A stretch of DNA of 64,000 bases from an uncultured Methanosarcinaceae archaeon (GCA_963727895.1 CAVSHT010000012.1:128001-192000); one strand, 5' to 3'. Shown: positions 8,624-19,319, counted from the stretch's first letter. Numbers and translations: made by a program. Notes: generated by a model from the letters alone, not told the origin.

Positions 8624-10111
8624 TTACTTTATCCTGCTATTCTCTTTCTCCTTTCCTACATTTTCTTTTATATTTCGGATTGCATCTTTTACAGCCAACC
8701 TTAGAGGGTCTACAAGCATAGAGACAGGAGGTGCATAGCAGGTTTCCATATCGAGGAGGTCTCCAATTGTGGTTTTTTTTCGGATGGCAAGAGAAAGGGC
8801 ATCAACTCTTTCCTTTATTCCCTCTCCTCCAGCAAGTTGTGCTCCCACCAGAATCTCCTCTTTGAAGAGAAGTTTGATGTATAAGTTTTTCCGACCAGGA
8901 TAATAGGAAGCTCTTGTATACCCTCTGGAAAATCCTGTAATTATCTTTATTCCATTGCTTTCAGCCCCTTTTGAGGTAATACCAACTCCACCAAATTGTA
9001 AATCTCCTGCCACAGATACCCAGGGGTTGGCAAGTGTCCCGAAAGTGGTATGTTTTCCTGTGATGTTGTTGCCGATTATATCAGCCATTTGTCGGGATGT
9101 TGTGCCCAGTTGACTTAACCTGGCTTTTTTTGTTATAAAATCCGTTACTTCCACACATTCTCCGCCTGCATACACATAGGAAAGAAATTCTTCTCCTGCC
9201 TTAACCTGGAGCATTTCATTTACAACTATTCCTCCAGCTTTTCCTATTTCTATTCCGGATTGAAGGGCAAGTGAAATTTCAGGTCTAACTCCAGTTGCAA
9301 GAAGCACTAGATCTGCAAGAAATTGTCTATCTCCCACGTATAGCTTTTTTTCTTTGCAGAAACTTTTAGGAATAAATACAGGTTCTCCAAAGATTACTTC
9401 AATTCTGAGATCTTTTAGATGTTTTTCAATGATTTCAGAAATATCAGGATCTAGTTGCTTGGTAAGCAGGTTTTTATTTCTGCTTATGAGGTAAACTTTA
9501 ATTCCTTTTTTAGAAAGCCCAGCTGCACACTCTATTCCTATTGTTCCTGCTCCTATTATGCAGACTTTTTTAGCAGTTTTCAGGGCTTTTTCAAGGAACA
9601 CTCCATCATCAAGATTTCTCAGAGTAAAAACTCCATAAGGGAGAATATTTGTTTTATCTGTTAGAGGTACAAAGGGTAAGCTACCTGTAGCAATCACGAG
9701 TTTGTCAAAAGGATAAAGTCCTTCCCCTGTCCGAACAATTTTTAAATCCAAGTCTATTGAACTGGCACACTCATTTAGCCTGACATCTATCCGGTTTTTT
9801 CTGAAAAATTCCTGAGGTTTTACTATTAATTTCTTAAAACTTTCAATTTCTTGGCTTAAAACAAAGGGGATTCCACAGTGGCTATAAGCAGTATGTGAGT
9901 CTCTTGAAAGTACGGTAATATCAAAATCACTTTGTCTTCTTATTTTGGTAGCAACCGCCATTCCACAGGCTCCTCCTCCTATTACAACTACTCTTATAGG
10001 TTCTCTGTTTTCAGAGCTCTGTGACGAAATTGTTTTCTGAAGTTCCTTAATTCCAGCTATTTTCTGGATTTCTTTGTCTGTACTGCTTTGTGTGCCAAAC
10101 TCTCTTCCCAT
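8624..10111 (-). CDS. FAD-dependent NADH oxidase / CoA-disulfide reductase family protein
   Basis: GGGACG FAD-binding motif, YSHCGIP redox Cys, ATGS, GAGTIGIE NADH motif and ETCYAPP C-terminal motif. Confidence 0.9.
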   Translation of the reverse strand: MGREFGTQSSTDKEIQKIAGIKELQKTISSQSSENREPIRVVVIGGGACGMAVATKIRRQSDFDITVLSRDSHTAYSHCGIPFVLSQEIESFKKLIVKPQEFFRKNRIDVRLNECASSIDLDLKIVRTGEGLYPFDKLVIATGSLPFVPLTDKTNILPYGVFTLRNLDDGVFLEKALKTAKKVCIIGAGTIGIECAAGLSKKGIKVYLISRNKNLLTKQLDPDISEIIEKHLKDLRIEVIFGEPVFIPKSFCKEKKLYVGDRQFLADLVLLATGVRPEISLALQSGIEIGKAGGIVVNEMLQVKAGEEFLSYVYAGGECVEVTDFITKKARLSQLGTTSRQMADIIGNNITGKHTTFGTLANPWVSVAGDLQFGGVGITSKGAESNGIKIITGFSRGYTRASYYPGRKNLYIKLLFKEEILVGAQLAGGEGIKERVDALSLAIRKKTTIGDLLDMETCYAPPVSMLVDPLRLAVKDAIRNIKENVGKEKENSRIK

Positions 10112-10296
10112 ACTCTCAATAGTTGTATCTTACGCCTATTATAATTTTTTAAGCGGCTGAAAATATTTCAAGTTAATTAGAGAGGAATTTAGTAAAGTTA
10201 TCTAGTCAGTTTTTTTGAAAAATAAGGTACTTGAAAATCAACTTCTAAATTTTTTCTATGTCAAAGAAGTCTTTGGTAAAAGGTCTTTGTCTTATT

Positions 10297-10398
10297 TACA
10301 AAAACAAAAAGAGTACTTATCATACTAAGAGTCTGAACGAGCGAGTTTGGGAGTGGGGGGTTAGTACATAAAAAAGTTTCTATGTCTCGCCCGTTCAA
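10297..10398 (-). ncRNA. Candidate small RNA of about 100 nt with C-rich anti-RBS loop
   Basis: Minus-strand BRE/TATA (GAAAAG-TATATATAAAA, 10433-10417); 12-bp stem (10334-10345 with 10386-10397) and inner hairpin (10366-10385), both with G-U wobbles that work only on the minus strand; unpaired ACUAACCCCCCACUCCCAAA; short hairpin plus U-tract terminator at about 10297-10326. Confidence 0.55.
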
Positions 10399-10860
10399 AT
10401 TTTTACAAGTCTTTCGTTTTATATATACTTTTCTAAATTTTTCTATCTTATTGTTTTTTACCATTTTAAAATTTCTTTTTGAGTTACTCTGCAATGTCTC
10501 TTCAGAGGTTGTTTCGAATGTAATATATTTTCAAAACCCCTAACACGAATATTTTCCAGATGTGATTTAATTTTTTTAAATAACCACAAAGTTCTTAAAG
10601 TCTGCAGACATTAATTAAATGAGTTTAATACATGTGACACACAGAGTCCATCATTTGCCAAAATTTATTAAAAGCAGATGAGAATTGTTCTGTCATATCA
10701 TTGATTAACAACTTCATCTATTCACCATTGCTAAATTCGTAAAGATAATTTGATACATATAATACACATGCAAATATAATAAAATTTCAGATTTACTATA
10801 TATCTATCACTCAGGGCTAAAATAACCACTTAAATATATATTCCACGTTATCATCCATTG

Positions 10861-11611
10861 AAGTAAAAGTCAAAAAGTGCTTTCAATAAAAACCTGATAT
10901 GCACTTAACTTGCCAATTATCACTATGGATCCCCTAATTTACGGGATAGGCATTTAGCATATGTTGGTTACTTATGCTTGGATTAACCGGTAGTCTGGGG
11001 TATACTTAAAAACTTGAATTGTCAGGCTAATTGAAAAGTAAACACGTTTTTGGCTTCGACTTTGAGTTTTATCTATCTCAGGGTCATAGTAAAAACTTAT
11101 GTTAGGTAAGGGCTTTCGGGTAGATTTGGAAAGCTTCAGAAACAATAACTATTTATTGTTATTGTTGTCTGCCCAATTTGAACGTCAGAAGCGTTTCTAT
11201 CTCAGAGAGCCGTAAGCTAGGTAAATAGGTATAGGCTTGGAACTTTACCAGATTCTCATAAGGTAAAAAATTAATTTCTGGCATTGTGCTGGATAATGTT
11301 TTACTGCATAAGGATATTCAAATTCCAGGCAGATAAAAATCTATTTCAAATGACAGTTACAGTTAATTCTTAAATCTACTTATTCAAGACTGTTTTATCC
11401 CTGATTCGGTACGAAATCTGATTTTTTACTATTTTGCATTCTCCAAGCTTTACGAGTTTTCATAGTATAGAGAATAATTTGTATTGTCAGGAAACTCGAT
11501 CGATTGTAATTTCAAAAATCAGTCAATCACAATTGTGAGATGTAATTTTCTGTGGAATATAATGTCATAAATTATCACGATAAATAATTCACAATACTAA
11601 GGAGAATTCAC
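10861..11611 (+). promoter_or_regulatory. Long structured 5' leader (or ncRNA) upstream of dnaG
   Basis: TATA-like CTTAAATATATA at 10829-10840; long-range helix 10867-10899 paired with 11020-11056; further hairpins at 11111-11135 and 11141-11166; no ORF of 60 aa or more. Confidence 0.45.
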
Positions 11612-13156
11612 ATGCAAAATACAGATACTACAAAGTACATTATTCATTCAAAAATTAATGCTGATGGGGTAATTGAACGTCCCGATATCGTAGGTGCAAT
11701 TTTCGGGCAAACTGAAGGACTACTCGGGGCGGATCTTGACCTTCGTGACCTGCAAAAAACTGGTAGAATTGGCAGAATTGAGGTAATGGTTACAGCTAAA
11801 GGAGGAAAGACTAAAGGAAATATCTTTGTTCCTTCAAGCCTTGATAAAGTTGAAACTTCAATTCTTGCCGCGTCACTTGAGACTATTGACAGAGTAGGAC
11901 CCTGTAGCGCCAAGATTGAAGTTTTTCAAATAGAAGACGTAAGGGCTGTAAAGCGGAAGAAAATTATTGAAAGGGCAAAGCTCATTTTTACTAAAATGTT
12001 TGATGAGACTGTTCCTGAGTCTCAGGAGTTGGCCGATGAGGTACGGCAGTCTGTAAGGATTGATGAACTTACTTACTATGGAAAGTCTAGAATCCCCTGT
12101 GGGCCAAATGTGCTTAACTCAGATGCTATCATCATTCTTGAGGGAAGAGCTGACATTCTGAATCTGCTCCGCTATGGTATAAAGAACACTATCTGTGTAG
12201 GTGGAACGAACATTCCTCCTGAAGTTGCAGAACTTACTAAAAAGAAAACAGTAACAGCTTTTACGGATGGGGATCGTGGAGGAGAACTCATAATACGTGA
12301 GCTTTTACAGGTAGCAGATCTCGATTATGTTGCCCGTGCCCCTGATGGGAAATGTGTAGAGGATCTTGTCCAAAAGGAAGTTATAAGAGCTCTACGCCGA
12401 AAAGTTCCTGTAGAACAGATTATCGAAAAATATGGACTTCAAGAGCAGAGAGGGGGAGAAGATGCCTGTAGAGTGGAGAGGAGCTCCAAAAGAAAGATAA
12501 GAGCGCCTGAAATAGCTCCCAGGATTGCTGAGAAAAAATTACATAAGCGTGTTAAAGTTCATCGAGTTTCTTCAAAGGCAGATCTTTATGAAGAGGAACC
12601 TCAGGGAGAATATACAAAAAAAGCAGAGTCTGGTATCTTTTTTGAAAAGGTCCCAGAAAAAGTCTCAACTCTAGCTCCTGTAATATTAGATAAAGTTAAA
12701 GCAAGGCCTGTCACTGCAAAACCCCCAATTTTACCAAGAGCAGTTCCCGTTGCTTCCAGAGTTCTCAGGGAAAAGCCCACTGAGAAAATTTCAGCAGCCG
12801 TCAAAGTTCCCAGAGGTGAAGCGGTCAGGGTTTCTCCTGCCCCAGCAAAGACAGTTCCCACTTCTCCTGAAGCTGTTAGGTTCAGGCCTCATGTGGAAGC
12901 TCTAAAAGGAACCTTAACAGCCAGAATTCTCGACTCTCAGGATAAGGTAATAGAGGAGATCGCAGTTCGGGATCTTGCAAGCAGGCTAAAAACATACAAA
13001 GATAATGTCCAGAGTATAGTTTTTGATGGTGTAATTACCCAGAGGCTAGTTGATATTGCTTCAAGCAATGCAATTAAAAATCTCGTAGGTGTAAAAATAG
13101 GCAATATTGCCAAGGTTCCTGCTGATATGGAAGTTTTGACTGCAAGTATGTTTTGA
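11612..13156 (+). CDS. dnaG: Archaeal DnaG (TOPRIM primase-like, exosome-associated)
   Basis: [34 protein letters not shown] and [13 protein letters not shown] motifs. Confidence 0.96.
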   Translation: MQNTDTTKYIIHSKINADGVIERPDIVGAIFGQTEGLLGADLDLRDLQKTGRIGRIEVMVTAKGGKTKGNIFVPSSLDKVETSILAASLETIDRVGPCSAKIEVFQIEDVRAVKRKKIIERAKLIFTKMFDETVPESQELADEVRQSVRIDELTYYGKSRIPCGPNVLNSDAIIILEGRADILNLLRYGIKNTICVGGTNIPPEVAELTKKKTVTAFTDGDRGGELIIRELLQVADLDYVARAPDGKCVEDLVQKEVIRALRRKVPVEQIIEKYGLQEQRGGEDACRVERSSKRKIRAPEIAPRIAEKKLHKRVKVHRVSSKADLYEEEPQGEYTKKAESGIFFEKVPEKVSTLAPVILDKVKARPVTAKPPILPRAVPVASRVLREKPTEKISAAVKVPRGEAVRVSPAPAKTVPTSPEAVRFRPHVEALKGTLTARILDSQDKVIEEIAVRDLASRLKTYKDNVQSIVFDGVITQRLVDIASSNAIKNLVGVKIGNIAKVPADMEVLTASMF

Positions 13157-13552
13157 GAGATTTTTTTCTCTCACTTTCTGTTTTTTTCTTGATTATAATG
13201 ATTGTATCTATTCAAAATCCATATTTTTTCCGGAAAACTTCAACTTCTTATTATTTTTTTTAAAAATTGAAATTTTAATCTTTTTTATTGTTCTACAGAG
13301 CTGATTATATCCAAATCTTCATCTTATGTGTAAGATTTATGTATAAAGCGTATGTACTTACCATTATTTGATGTTATTTCACATCATAGTGCTAAACTTC
13401 ACACTTTCTTCCATAATCTTTCATTATTTTTCATATACATTATATGGAAAAGTTTTTTATCTAAAACTAGGAAAATCATTTCCTCGGATAATTCTTTTAT
13501 TTGATTCAATGTAATATTAAATTGATCTTGTAAAATTGTAGGTCTGTTCGCT

Positions 13553-13837
13553 ATGCACAAGGAAGAACTAATACAACTGCACACATATATGGCTCAAATG
13601 AAAAGGTACTTTGAAAGGCACGGTGTAACTCACGAATTCGATGAGTACAAGGCTTTGTCCATAAGCCCTGTCCACATTCACCGGAGTAAGGCAGATCACA
13701 AGCGCGCAATTTTCATTTTAGGAGGCGAGCTTGCGACTCTTATGTCACGGGATGACCCTATCTTTGAGGAAACATCAACTCCAGCTCATATGAGGGAATC
13801 ATTGAATTCCGCCATCAAGCTCATGGGTAATAACTGA
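13553..13837 (+). CDS. UPF0058 family protein
   Basis: MHKEELIQLH...ISPVHIHRSKADHKRAIF signature. Confidence 0.88.
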   Translation: MHKEELIQLHTYMAQMKRYFERHGVTHEFDEYKALSISPVHIHRSKADHKRAIFILGGELATLMSRDDPIFEETSTPAHMRESLNSAIKLMGNN

Positions 13838-14351
13838 TAGGGTTCTTGAAAGTGAAAACGAATTCGTTGTCCGAAAGTATAGATTCCATATATTTTTGTT
13901 TTGAAATCAGGAGACGGTAAGGATGAAGATGCATTTTCATCACCATCCCATCCTCTCCATCTGAGTAATATTTTTTCTCAGTCCAGCAGGGTACAAATCC
14001 TATTGACTTATATAATTTTTGTGCCCCTGTGTTGCTATTTCTTACTTCGAGTCTTGCATATCGAAGTCCATTCGCAACAAAAATATCACAGATAGCATGA
14101 ATCAGTTCTGTTCCTATCCCTTTTCCTCGATATTCTTGTTTGACGCCAATAGAAAAAATGTGTCCTTCGTTTTCTGTAGAACGGTAGCCAACAATGTAGC
14201 CGATGATTTTTTCGTCCTGCTCGGCGACAAGAAAGCCATCCCCCACGTTTTCGTAAAAGCTCATATACAAGAGGGAGTTGTGCTCTGAAAAGGCCTCAGT
14301 TTCAATTTTAAGTACTTCTTGGAAGTCCTCAGGTTCAAAACGCCTTATCAT
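13821..14351 (-). CDS. rimI: RimI-like GNAT N-acetyltransferase
   Basis: GHIFSIGV...YRGKGIG, LEVRNSNTGAQKLY and YYSDGEDG motifs. Likely start is MIRRFE at 14351. Confidence 0.88.
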   Translation of the reverse strand: MIRRFEPEDFQEVLKIETEAFSEHNSLLYMSFYENVGDGFLVAEQDEKIIGYIVGYRSTENEGHIFSIGVKQEYRGKGIGTELIHAICDIFVANGLRYARLEVRNSNTGAQKLYKSIGFVPCWTEKKYYSDGEDGMVMKMHLHPYRLLISKQKYMESILSDNEFVFTFKNPISYYP

Positions 14352-14476
14352 AATATCTAATATATTTCTATCATGTTTTATTATTTCTTGTGATGGGAAA
14401 ATCTTTTCTAAAGTCCTTAGCTCAGATTTCCTCAAATTATTTTTTGTAGGACTTATTCAGAGATTCACCGTTAAGT

Positions 14477-16351
14477 TCAGAACTTCTTAATATGTCTGAC
14501 ATCTACCGCAACTCCTCTACTGGATTTTACCATTTCCTCTCCGCTCATCATAGCCCTTCCTACACAGAGCGCTTTTTTCCCAAGTACAACTACTTCATCA
14601 TTAGGTCGTATTTTCGGATCTGCGTGAGTAACTCCTGGGGCAAGAATTGAACCTCTTGGAAGAAAATCATCAATTGTAACCAGATATTTTTCACTTTTTA
14701 ACATCAATTCAGCACCTTCTAGCGAAAGAGCAAGCATTCCATATTGTGGAACGAGGGTTGCGAGTTGTTTTTTTCCGACAAAAAGCTGGTACTTAGGGAA
14801 TCGGCCTTTAACTGCAATTTTTCCCGCTTCTTCAGAGAAAAGAAGCTCAGCATCTTCTCCAAACTGATATTCTGCAATGGCTCTAAAGAAATTCACTTTT
14901 TCTGCATTAAGGTTTTTCTTACTAAAGCTTTCAGATGTACAGACAGATTCTACGGTATTTTTAAGATTTGAAAGAGCCTCCATAGACACAAGATTCCCTA
15001 TGCCAGTATAGATTATTTCAATATTGAGACGGTTTGCCACTCGTTCACAAATTTCCCTGTAAGCTCCTTCTACATGGGCAATAATGGCCTTATACTTGTA
15101 TCTTGAGAGATAAGCCTCAAGGCAACCAGATACCCAGGCTTTTTCTTCTTCGTCCCAGTGTCCTGTAACCGCAGTGTCATAATGAGACGCAGGGTATGTC
15201 AATTCTAGTTCTCTGGGAACTATTCCAAGTGGAGAAGTTAAAATCAACTCATGGACAAATTTCCTGTATTTTCCAAGCGACAGAATAAACTTCTGATGGG
15301 ATTGGGATATTGAATAAGGTTTTTTAGCAGCACATGGGAAAATTACTAGAATATCAAGATCTGGAGGTGTATATCTCTCCTGTATACGCCGCGCAAATCT
15401 TACCACTTCAACTCGGGATAAGGCTTCCGAGGTATCTGCAAGAAGCTGGTTTTGCCTAAAAGCAGGAACTTTTTCTTCAAGGTAGGAATATTCGAAATCT
15501 CCAAGTCTTAACAAAGCTGTGAGCCAGGGCCTAACTCTGCATTGGCCCTCAATATGTTCTCTCAATGTTCCGGCTCTAATTCTTTCTCGCACGAGAGAAA
15601 GTTCGGCTTCAAGGGCGTTTCTATTGTGAGCTGAAAGGAACTTTGCTCTCTCAATTTTTGGAAGCTTTCTGAGCTCTGCAGGCGTACTTTCAGCACATAC
15701 TCTGCACCTGCATGGAAACTCTGTAAGGGAGTCAAGATGGAAACTGCCTGCTGCTGTCAGGTAGATGTCAGAATAAGCCTTAATCTCTGCCCTTGTATCG
15801 TCCAGAACATCAATTCCGAGATAAGCCAGCATAGCTATATTTTCAGGAAGTGCGAGGTTTGGAGCATAAAGAGCTGTGTCAGGAGGAATCTGGTTTTTAA
15901 GCTCTATTACGGTCTCAAGGAATTTGCGGGCATTGTTTTCCAGGGTACCTGCCCCTTCCATTACATACAGGTCGGTTTTGTCAGGTTTTCCTCCTACTCT
16001 AAGGAGAGATCCTGTAGGACCTGTATCTTCAATGTTTTCGCCATTAAGGACAGTAAATTTTTCGACTTTTCCGAGGGATTCGGCTGGAATAGCAGGTGGA
16101 TAAGCTTGATGCGGCAGGATTACGAGAGTCCCGTTTCCTGCTTTTTCTCGGATTTGCTTTATATGTGCTTCAAGTTCTGCATCGGATTTCCCACTCCAGA
16201 AACTTCCTGCATCAACAATCGGTCCTGGATTTTCAAGCTTTCCGAGTTCGTCCGTACTCAAAATGCAGGGCGTATGAATCTCGGGAGACAGAAGAAGTTT
16301 CCCTGTCCTTGCTGCTCCGTCTCTTTGTTCTATCTCAAAGTACCGTGTCAT
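14477..16351 (-). CDS. arcS: Archaeosine synthase subunit alpha (TgtA2) with PUA domain
   Basis: TGT-like N-terminus (RDGAARTG), PCAAKKPYSISQSH, TSPLGIVPRELE, YDTAVTGHW and a C-terminal PUA domain. Likely start is MTRYF at 16351. Confidence 0.92.
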   Translation of the reverse strand: MTRYFEIEQRDGAARTGKLLLSPEIHTPCILSTDELGKLENPGPIVDAGSFWSGKSDAELEAHIKQIREKAGNGTLVILPHQAYPPAIPAESLGKVEKFTVLNGENIEDTGPTGSLLRVGGKPDKTDLYVMEGAGTLENNARKFLETVIELKNQIPPDTALYAPNLALPENIAMLAYLGIDVLDDTRAEIKAYSDIYLTAAGSFHLDSLTEFPCRCRVCAESTPAELRKLPKIERAKFLSAHNRNALEAELSLVRERIRAGTLREHIEGQCRVRPWLTALLRLGDFEYSYLEEKVPAFRQNQLLADTSEALSRVEVVRFARRIQERYTPPDLDILVIFPCAAKKPYSISQSHQKFILSLGKYRKFVHELILTSPLGIVPRELELTYPASHYDTAVTGHWDEEEKAWVSGCLEAYLSRYKYKAIIAHVEGAYREICERVANRLNIEIIYTGIGNLVSMEALSNLKNTVESVCTSESFSKKNLNAEKVNFFRAIAEYQFGEDAELLFSEEAGKIAVKGRFPKYQLFVGKKQLATLVPQYGMLALSLEGAELMLKSEKYLVTIDDFLPRGSILAPGVTHADPKIRPNDEVVVLGKKALCVGRAMMSGEEMVKSSRGVAVDVRHIKKF

Positions 16352-16627
16352 GTTTGTCCTCTTATGTTTACCAGAATGTAAAGGTTTGTCCTGCATTTTT
16401 TCTAATAATTTCCTCTACTCGTTATTTTTCTGAAGCTGAAAGATGCTATGCTTTACTTTTTATTTCATGGTTAACTCTTCAGAAGAAAGGAAGACGGTAT
16501 ATTCTTATATATTATTAATCTTGATTATTTCCTGCAACTCATCTTTGCAACTCATCTTTCATTCATCTGTTGCCAGCCGTGACAGAAATCCTATTTTTTA
16601 CATCTGAATTTTAATTTGAGGTCTAAA

Positions 16628-17998
16628 ATGGATATAACTACAGAACTTCGAAAAATCGTTGGTGAGAGAGTCTCGGTTTCACCTTCGGAACTTTATTGTT
16701 ATTCTTCTGACGCATCTCAGGTCAAGGGAATGCCTGATTATGTGGTGCGCCCGAAAAACACAGAAGAAGTAAGCCGGATTGTTAGGCTTGCCTATGAGAA
16801 TGATATTCCTGTAACTGCAAGGGGAGCAGGCACTGGACTTGCAGGTGGTGCAGTTCCTGTTGGTGGGGGAATTGTGCTGGATATGTCGGGTATGAATAAG
16901 ATTCTTGAAATCGATATTGATAATATTCAGGTTGTGGTAGAGCCTGGAGCTATTCAGGATGCTTTAAATGATGCACTAAAGCCTTATGGTTTTTTCTTTC
17001 CTCCCAATCCTGGCAGTTCAGCCATGTGCACTATCGGGGGTATGATAGGTTACAATGCAAGTGGAATGCGCTGTGTTAAGTATGGTACTACCAGAAACTA
17101 TGTGCGCGACCTGGAAGTAGTTCTTGCAGATGGAACAGTTATCCATACTGGTTCAAAAATGCTGAAATCCGCTGCAGGATACGATTTGACCCAGCTTATT
17201 GTAGGTTCGGAAGGCACACTAGGCATTGTTACGAAAGCCGGCTTGAAAATTGCTCCTCTCCCTAAAACTCGAAAATTGGTAATCACTTCCTTTGAAAATG
17301 CAGAGATTGCAGGACAGGCAGTTGTAAAAACCTTTTCAAATGGGGTAATTCCTTCAGCATGTGAAATTCTGGATAGAGTTTCCCTGCAGGTTCTCAGACG
17401 CTACGACCCGAAACTTGTACTTCCTTCGGAAGGAGATGTAATTCTTTTCGAGGTCGACGGCACTGAAAACTCGTCACGTGAAGCTGCGGAACAGGTTATG
17501 AAAGTCTGTAGACCTCTGGCAATTTCCATAAGGCTTGCAGAAAGCGAACAGGAAATGGCAGACATCTGGGCAGCCAGAAAACTCGTAGGAGCTGCAGTTT
17601 CTCGTCTGGACCCAACAAAGAGCCGTATCTATGTCGGAGAAGATGTGGGAGTTCCCATAAAAAAGATCCCAGAACTGTTAAAACGAGCACAGGAAATCGC
17701 TGAGAAATTCAATTTGCCTGCTATGAAGTATGGGCACATAGGAGATGGAAACCTTCACCTTGCCCTATTTATTGATGTCTTAAATAAAGATGAGTGGGAT
17801 CGCTTGAAAAAAGCTGCGGATATGGTCCACAGAACAGCAATTGAGCTTGGAGGCACGGTCAGCTCTGAGCATGGGGTAGGAGCAGCCAGAGCTGAATACA
17901 TGAAAGCTCAATGGGGTCCTGCTCTTGAGGTAATGCGTGCAATTAAAAAAGTTCTTGACCCGAAGGGAATATTGAATCCGGGCAAACTGGGGTTGTGA
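16628..17998 (+). CDS. FAD-linked oxidoreductase, GlcD / D-lactate dehydrogenase family
   Basis: RGAGTGLAGG, PPNPGS, GSEGTLG, GHIGDGNLH, SSEHGVG and DPKGILNPGK motifs. Confidence 0.92.
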   Translation: MDITTELRKIVGERVSVSPSELYCYSSDASQVKGMPDYVVRPKNTEEVSRIVRLAYENDIPVTARGAGTGLAGGAVPVGGGIVLDMSGMNKILEIDIDNIQVVVEPGAIQDALNDALKPYGFFFPPNPGSSAMCTIGGMIGYNASGMRCVKYGTTRNYVRDLEVVLADGTVIHTGSKMLKSAAGYDLTQLIVGSEGTLGIVTKAGLKIAPLPKTRKLVITSFENAEIAGQAVVKTFSNGVIPSACEILDRVSLQVLRRYDPKLVLPSEGDVILFEVDGTENSSREAAEQVMKVCRPLAISIRLAESEQEMADIWAARKLVGAAVSRLDPTKSRIYVGEDVGVPIKKIPELLKRAQEIAEKFNLPAMKYGHIGDGNLHLALFIDVLNKDEWDRLKKAADMVHRTAIELGGTVSSEHGVGAARAEYMKAQWGPALEVMRAIKKVLDPKGILNPGKLGL

Positions 17999-19152
17999 AA
18001 ACCATGCAAAACGAAAGAAAAAAGGAAACTGAGACGGGAAAAGAGCTAGATGAGAAAATCAGCCCGAAAAAGGATGAAAAACAGCCCTCTGAAATTGACC
18101 GCAGATCGGTTTATAGATGTGTGCAGTGTGGAACCTGTCGCTCAGTTTGTCCTGTATTTGATGTGGTAGGCTGGGAATCTGCTAATACGCGCGGCAGAAT
18201 GCTGATAATTAAAAGCTTGCTTGAAGGCATGCCACCTTCCAAAGATATGCTCCCAAGCCTTGCTTCCTGCACAACCTGTGGAATCTGCGCTTCTAAATGT
18301 CCTGCAGGAGCAAATCCACCTGAGGTTGTGGAAGCTGCTCGTGCCCAGCTTGTGAAATGCGGCATTACAACAGAAGCCCAGGACAAATTAAAGTCCGCAG
18401 TCATGACATATGGAAACTCTTTTGGGGATACAAAAGACCGTAAAAACTGGCTTTCCGAAGAAGAACGTTTAAATCTCCCTGAAAAGTCAGATTATGTTTA
18501 TTTTGTGGGTTGTTTTGATTCCTATCGCTATCCAGAGTCTGCTAAAAAAACATTTGGAATTTTAAAGCGTTTTGGAGTAACTCTTTTGCCTGATGAACAG
18601 TGCTGTACTTCCCCTCTCCTTCGTACCGGATTTAGGGAGGAAGCAGAAGAGGTCATGAAACATAACCTTGAGCAGATTCGAAAGGTAGGAGCACATACAG
18701 TTATCACGAGCTGTGCTGGTTGTTATACAGCTCTCAAGAACAACTATCCTGAAGAACTCAATGTTGTCAGCCTTCCTGAGTTTCTTGCCGAACACCTGGA
18801 AGAACTTAATTTGAAGAAACTTGACCTTACAGTTACTTACCACGACCCCTGCCACCTTGGAAGGCATAATAAAGTCTATGACGCTCCAAGGAAAGTTATC
18901 CAGGCAATCTGTACTCTCAAGGAGATGAAAAACATTAAAGAAAACGCGTGCTGTTGTGGAGGCGGCGGCGGAGTAAGAAGAGGGTATCCTGATATTTCCC
19001 TTGAGCTTGCAAGAAACAGGCTTAAAGACGTGCCAGAAGGCGTTGATTTTATTGTCACTTCCTGCCCTCTATGCGTGAGAAATCTCAGCGATGCAGGTGG
19101 AGATGTTGAAGTTATTGATATTGTCGAACTCGTGGCAATGGCGCTTGAGTAA
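17995..19152 (+). CDS. Fe-S oxidoreductase, GlcF/HdrD-like (2x[4Fe-4S] plus CCG domains)
   Basis: CVQCGTCRSVCP, CTTCGICASKCP, YHDPCHLGR, CCCGGGGG and SCPLC motifs; overlaps the upstream gene by 4 nt. Confidence 0.92.
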   Translation: MKTMQNERKKETETGKELDEKISPKKDEKQPSEIDRRSVYRCVQCGTCRSVCPVFDVVGWESANTRGRMLIIKSLLEGMPPSKDMLPSLASCTTCGICASKCPAGANPPEVVEAARAQLVKCGITTEAQDKLKSAVMTYGNSFGDTKDRKNWLSEEERLNLPEKSDYVYFVGCFDSYRYPESAKKTFGILKRFGVTLLPDEQCCTSPLLRTGFREEAEEVMKHNLEQIRKVGAHTVITSCAGCYTALKNNYPEELNVVSLPEFLAEHLEELNLKKLDLTVTYHDPCHLGRHNKVYDAPRKVIQAICTLKEMKNIKENACCCGGGGGVRRGYPDISLELARNRLKDVPEGVDFIVTSCPLCVRNLSDAGGDVEVIDIVELVAMALE

Positions 19153-19319
19153 TCTGGCTGCTTTTAAGTTAGCCATTTCAAGTTTAACTGAAGCTTCTAA
19201 GTTGAGTTTTTTAAGAACCGTATTTTTTGGCTCATCCCTTTCTTTTTAATGCATATGACACCATATTTTTATTTTCGGAAAACAATATTAGTTTCAGAAT
19301 AGATTAGGAGGACAGGGTT

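Noticed and set aside
10261..10494. 77-aa minus-strand ORF
   Set aside because: TTG start, no recognisable domain, and it spans an internal TATA box and the structured sRNA candidate.
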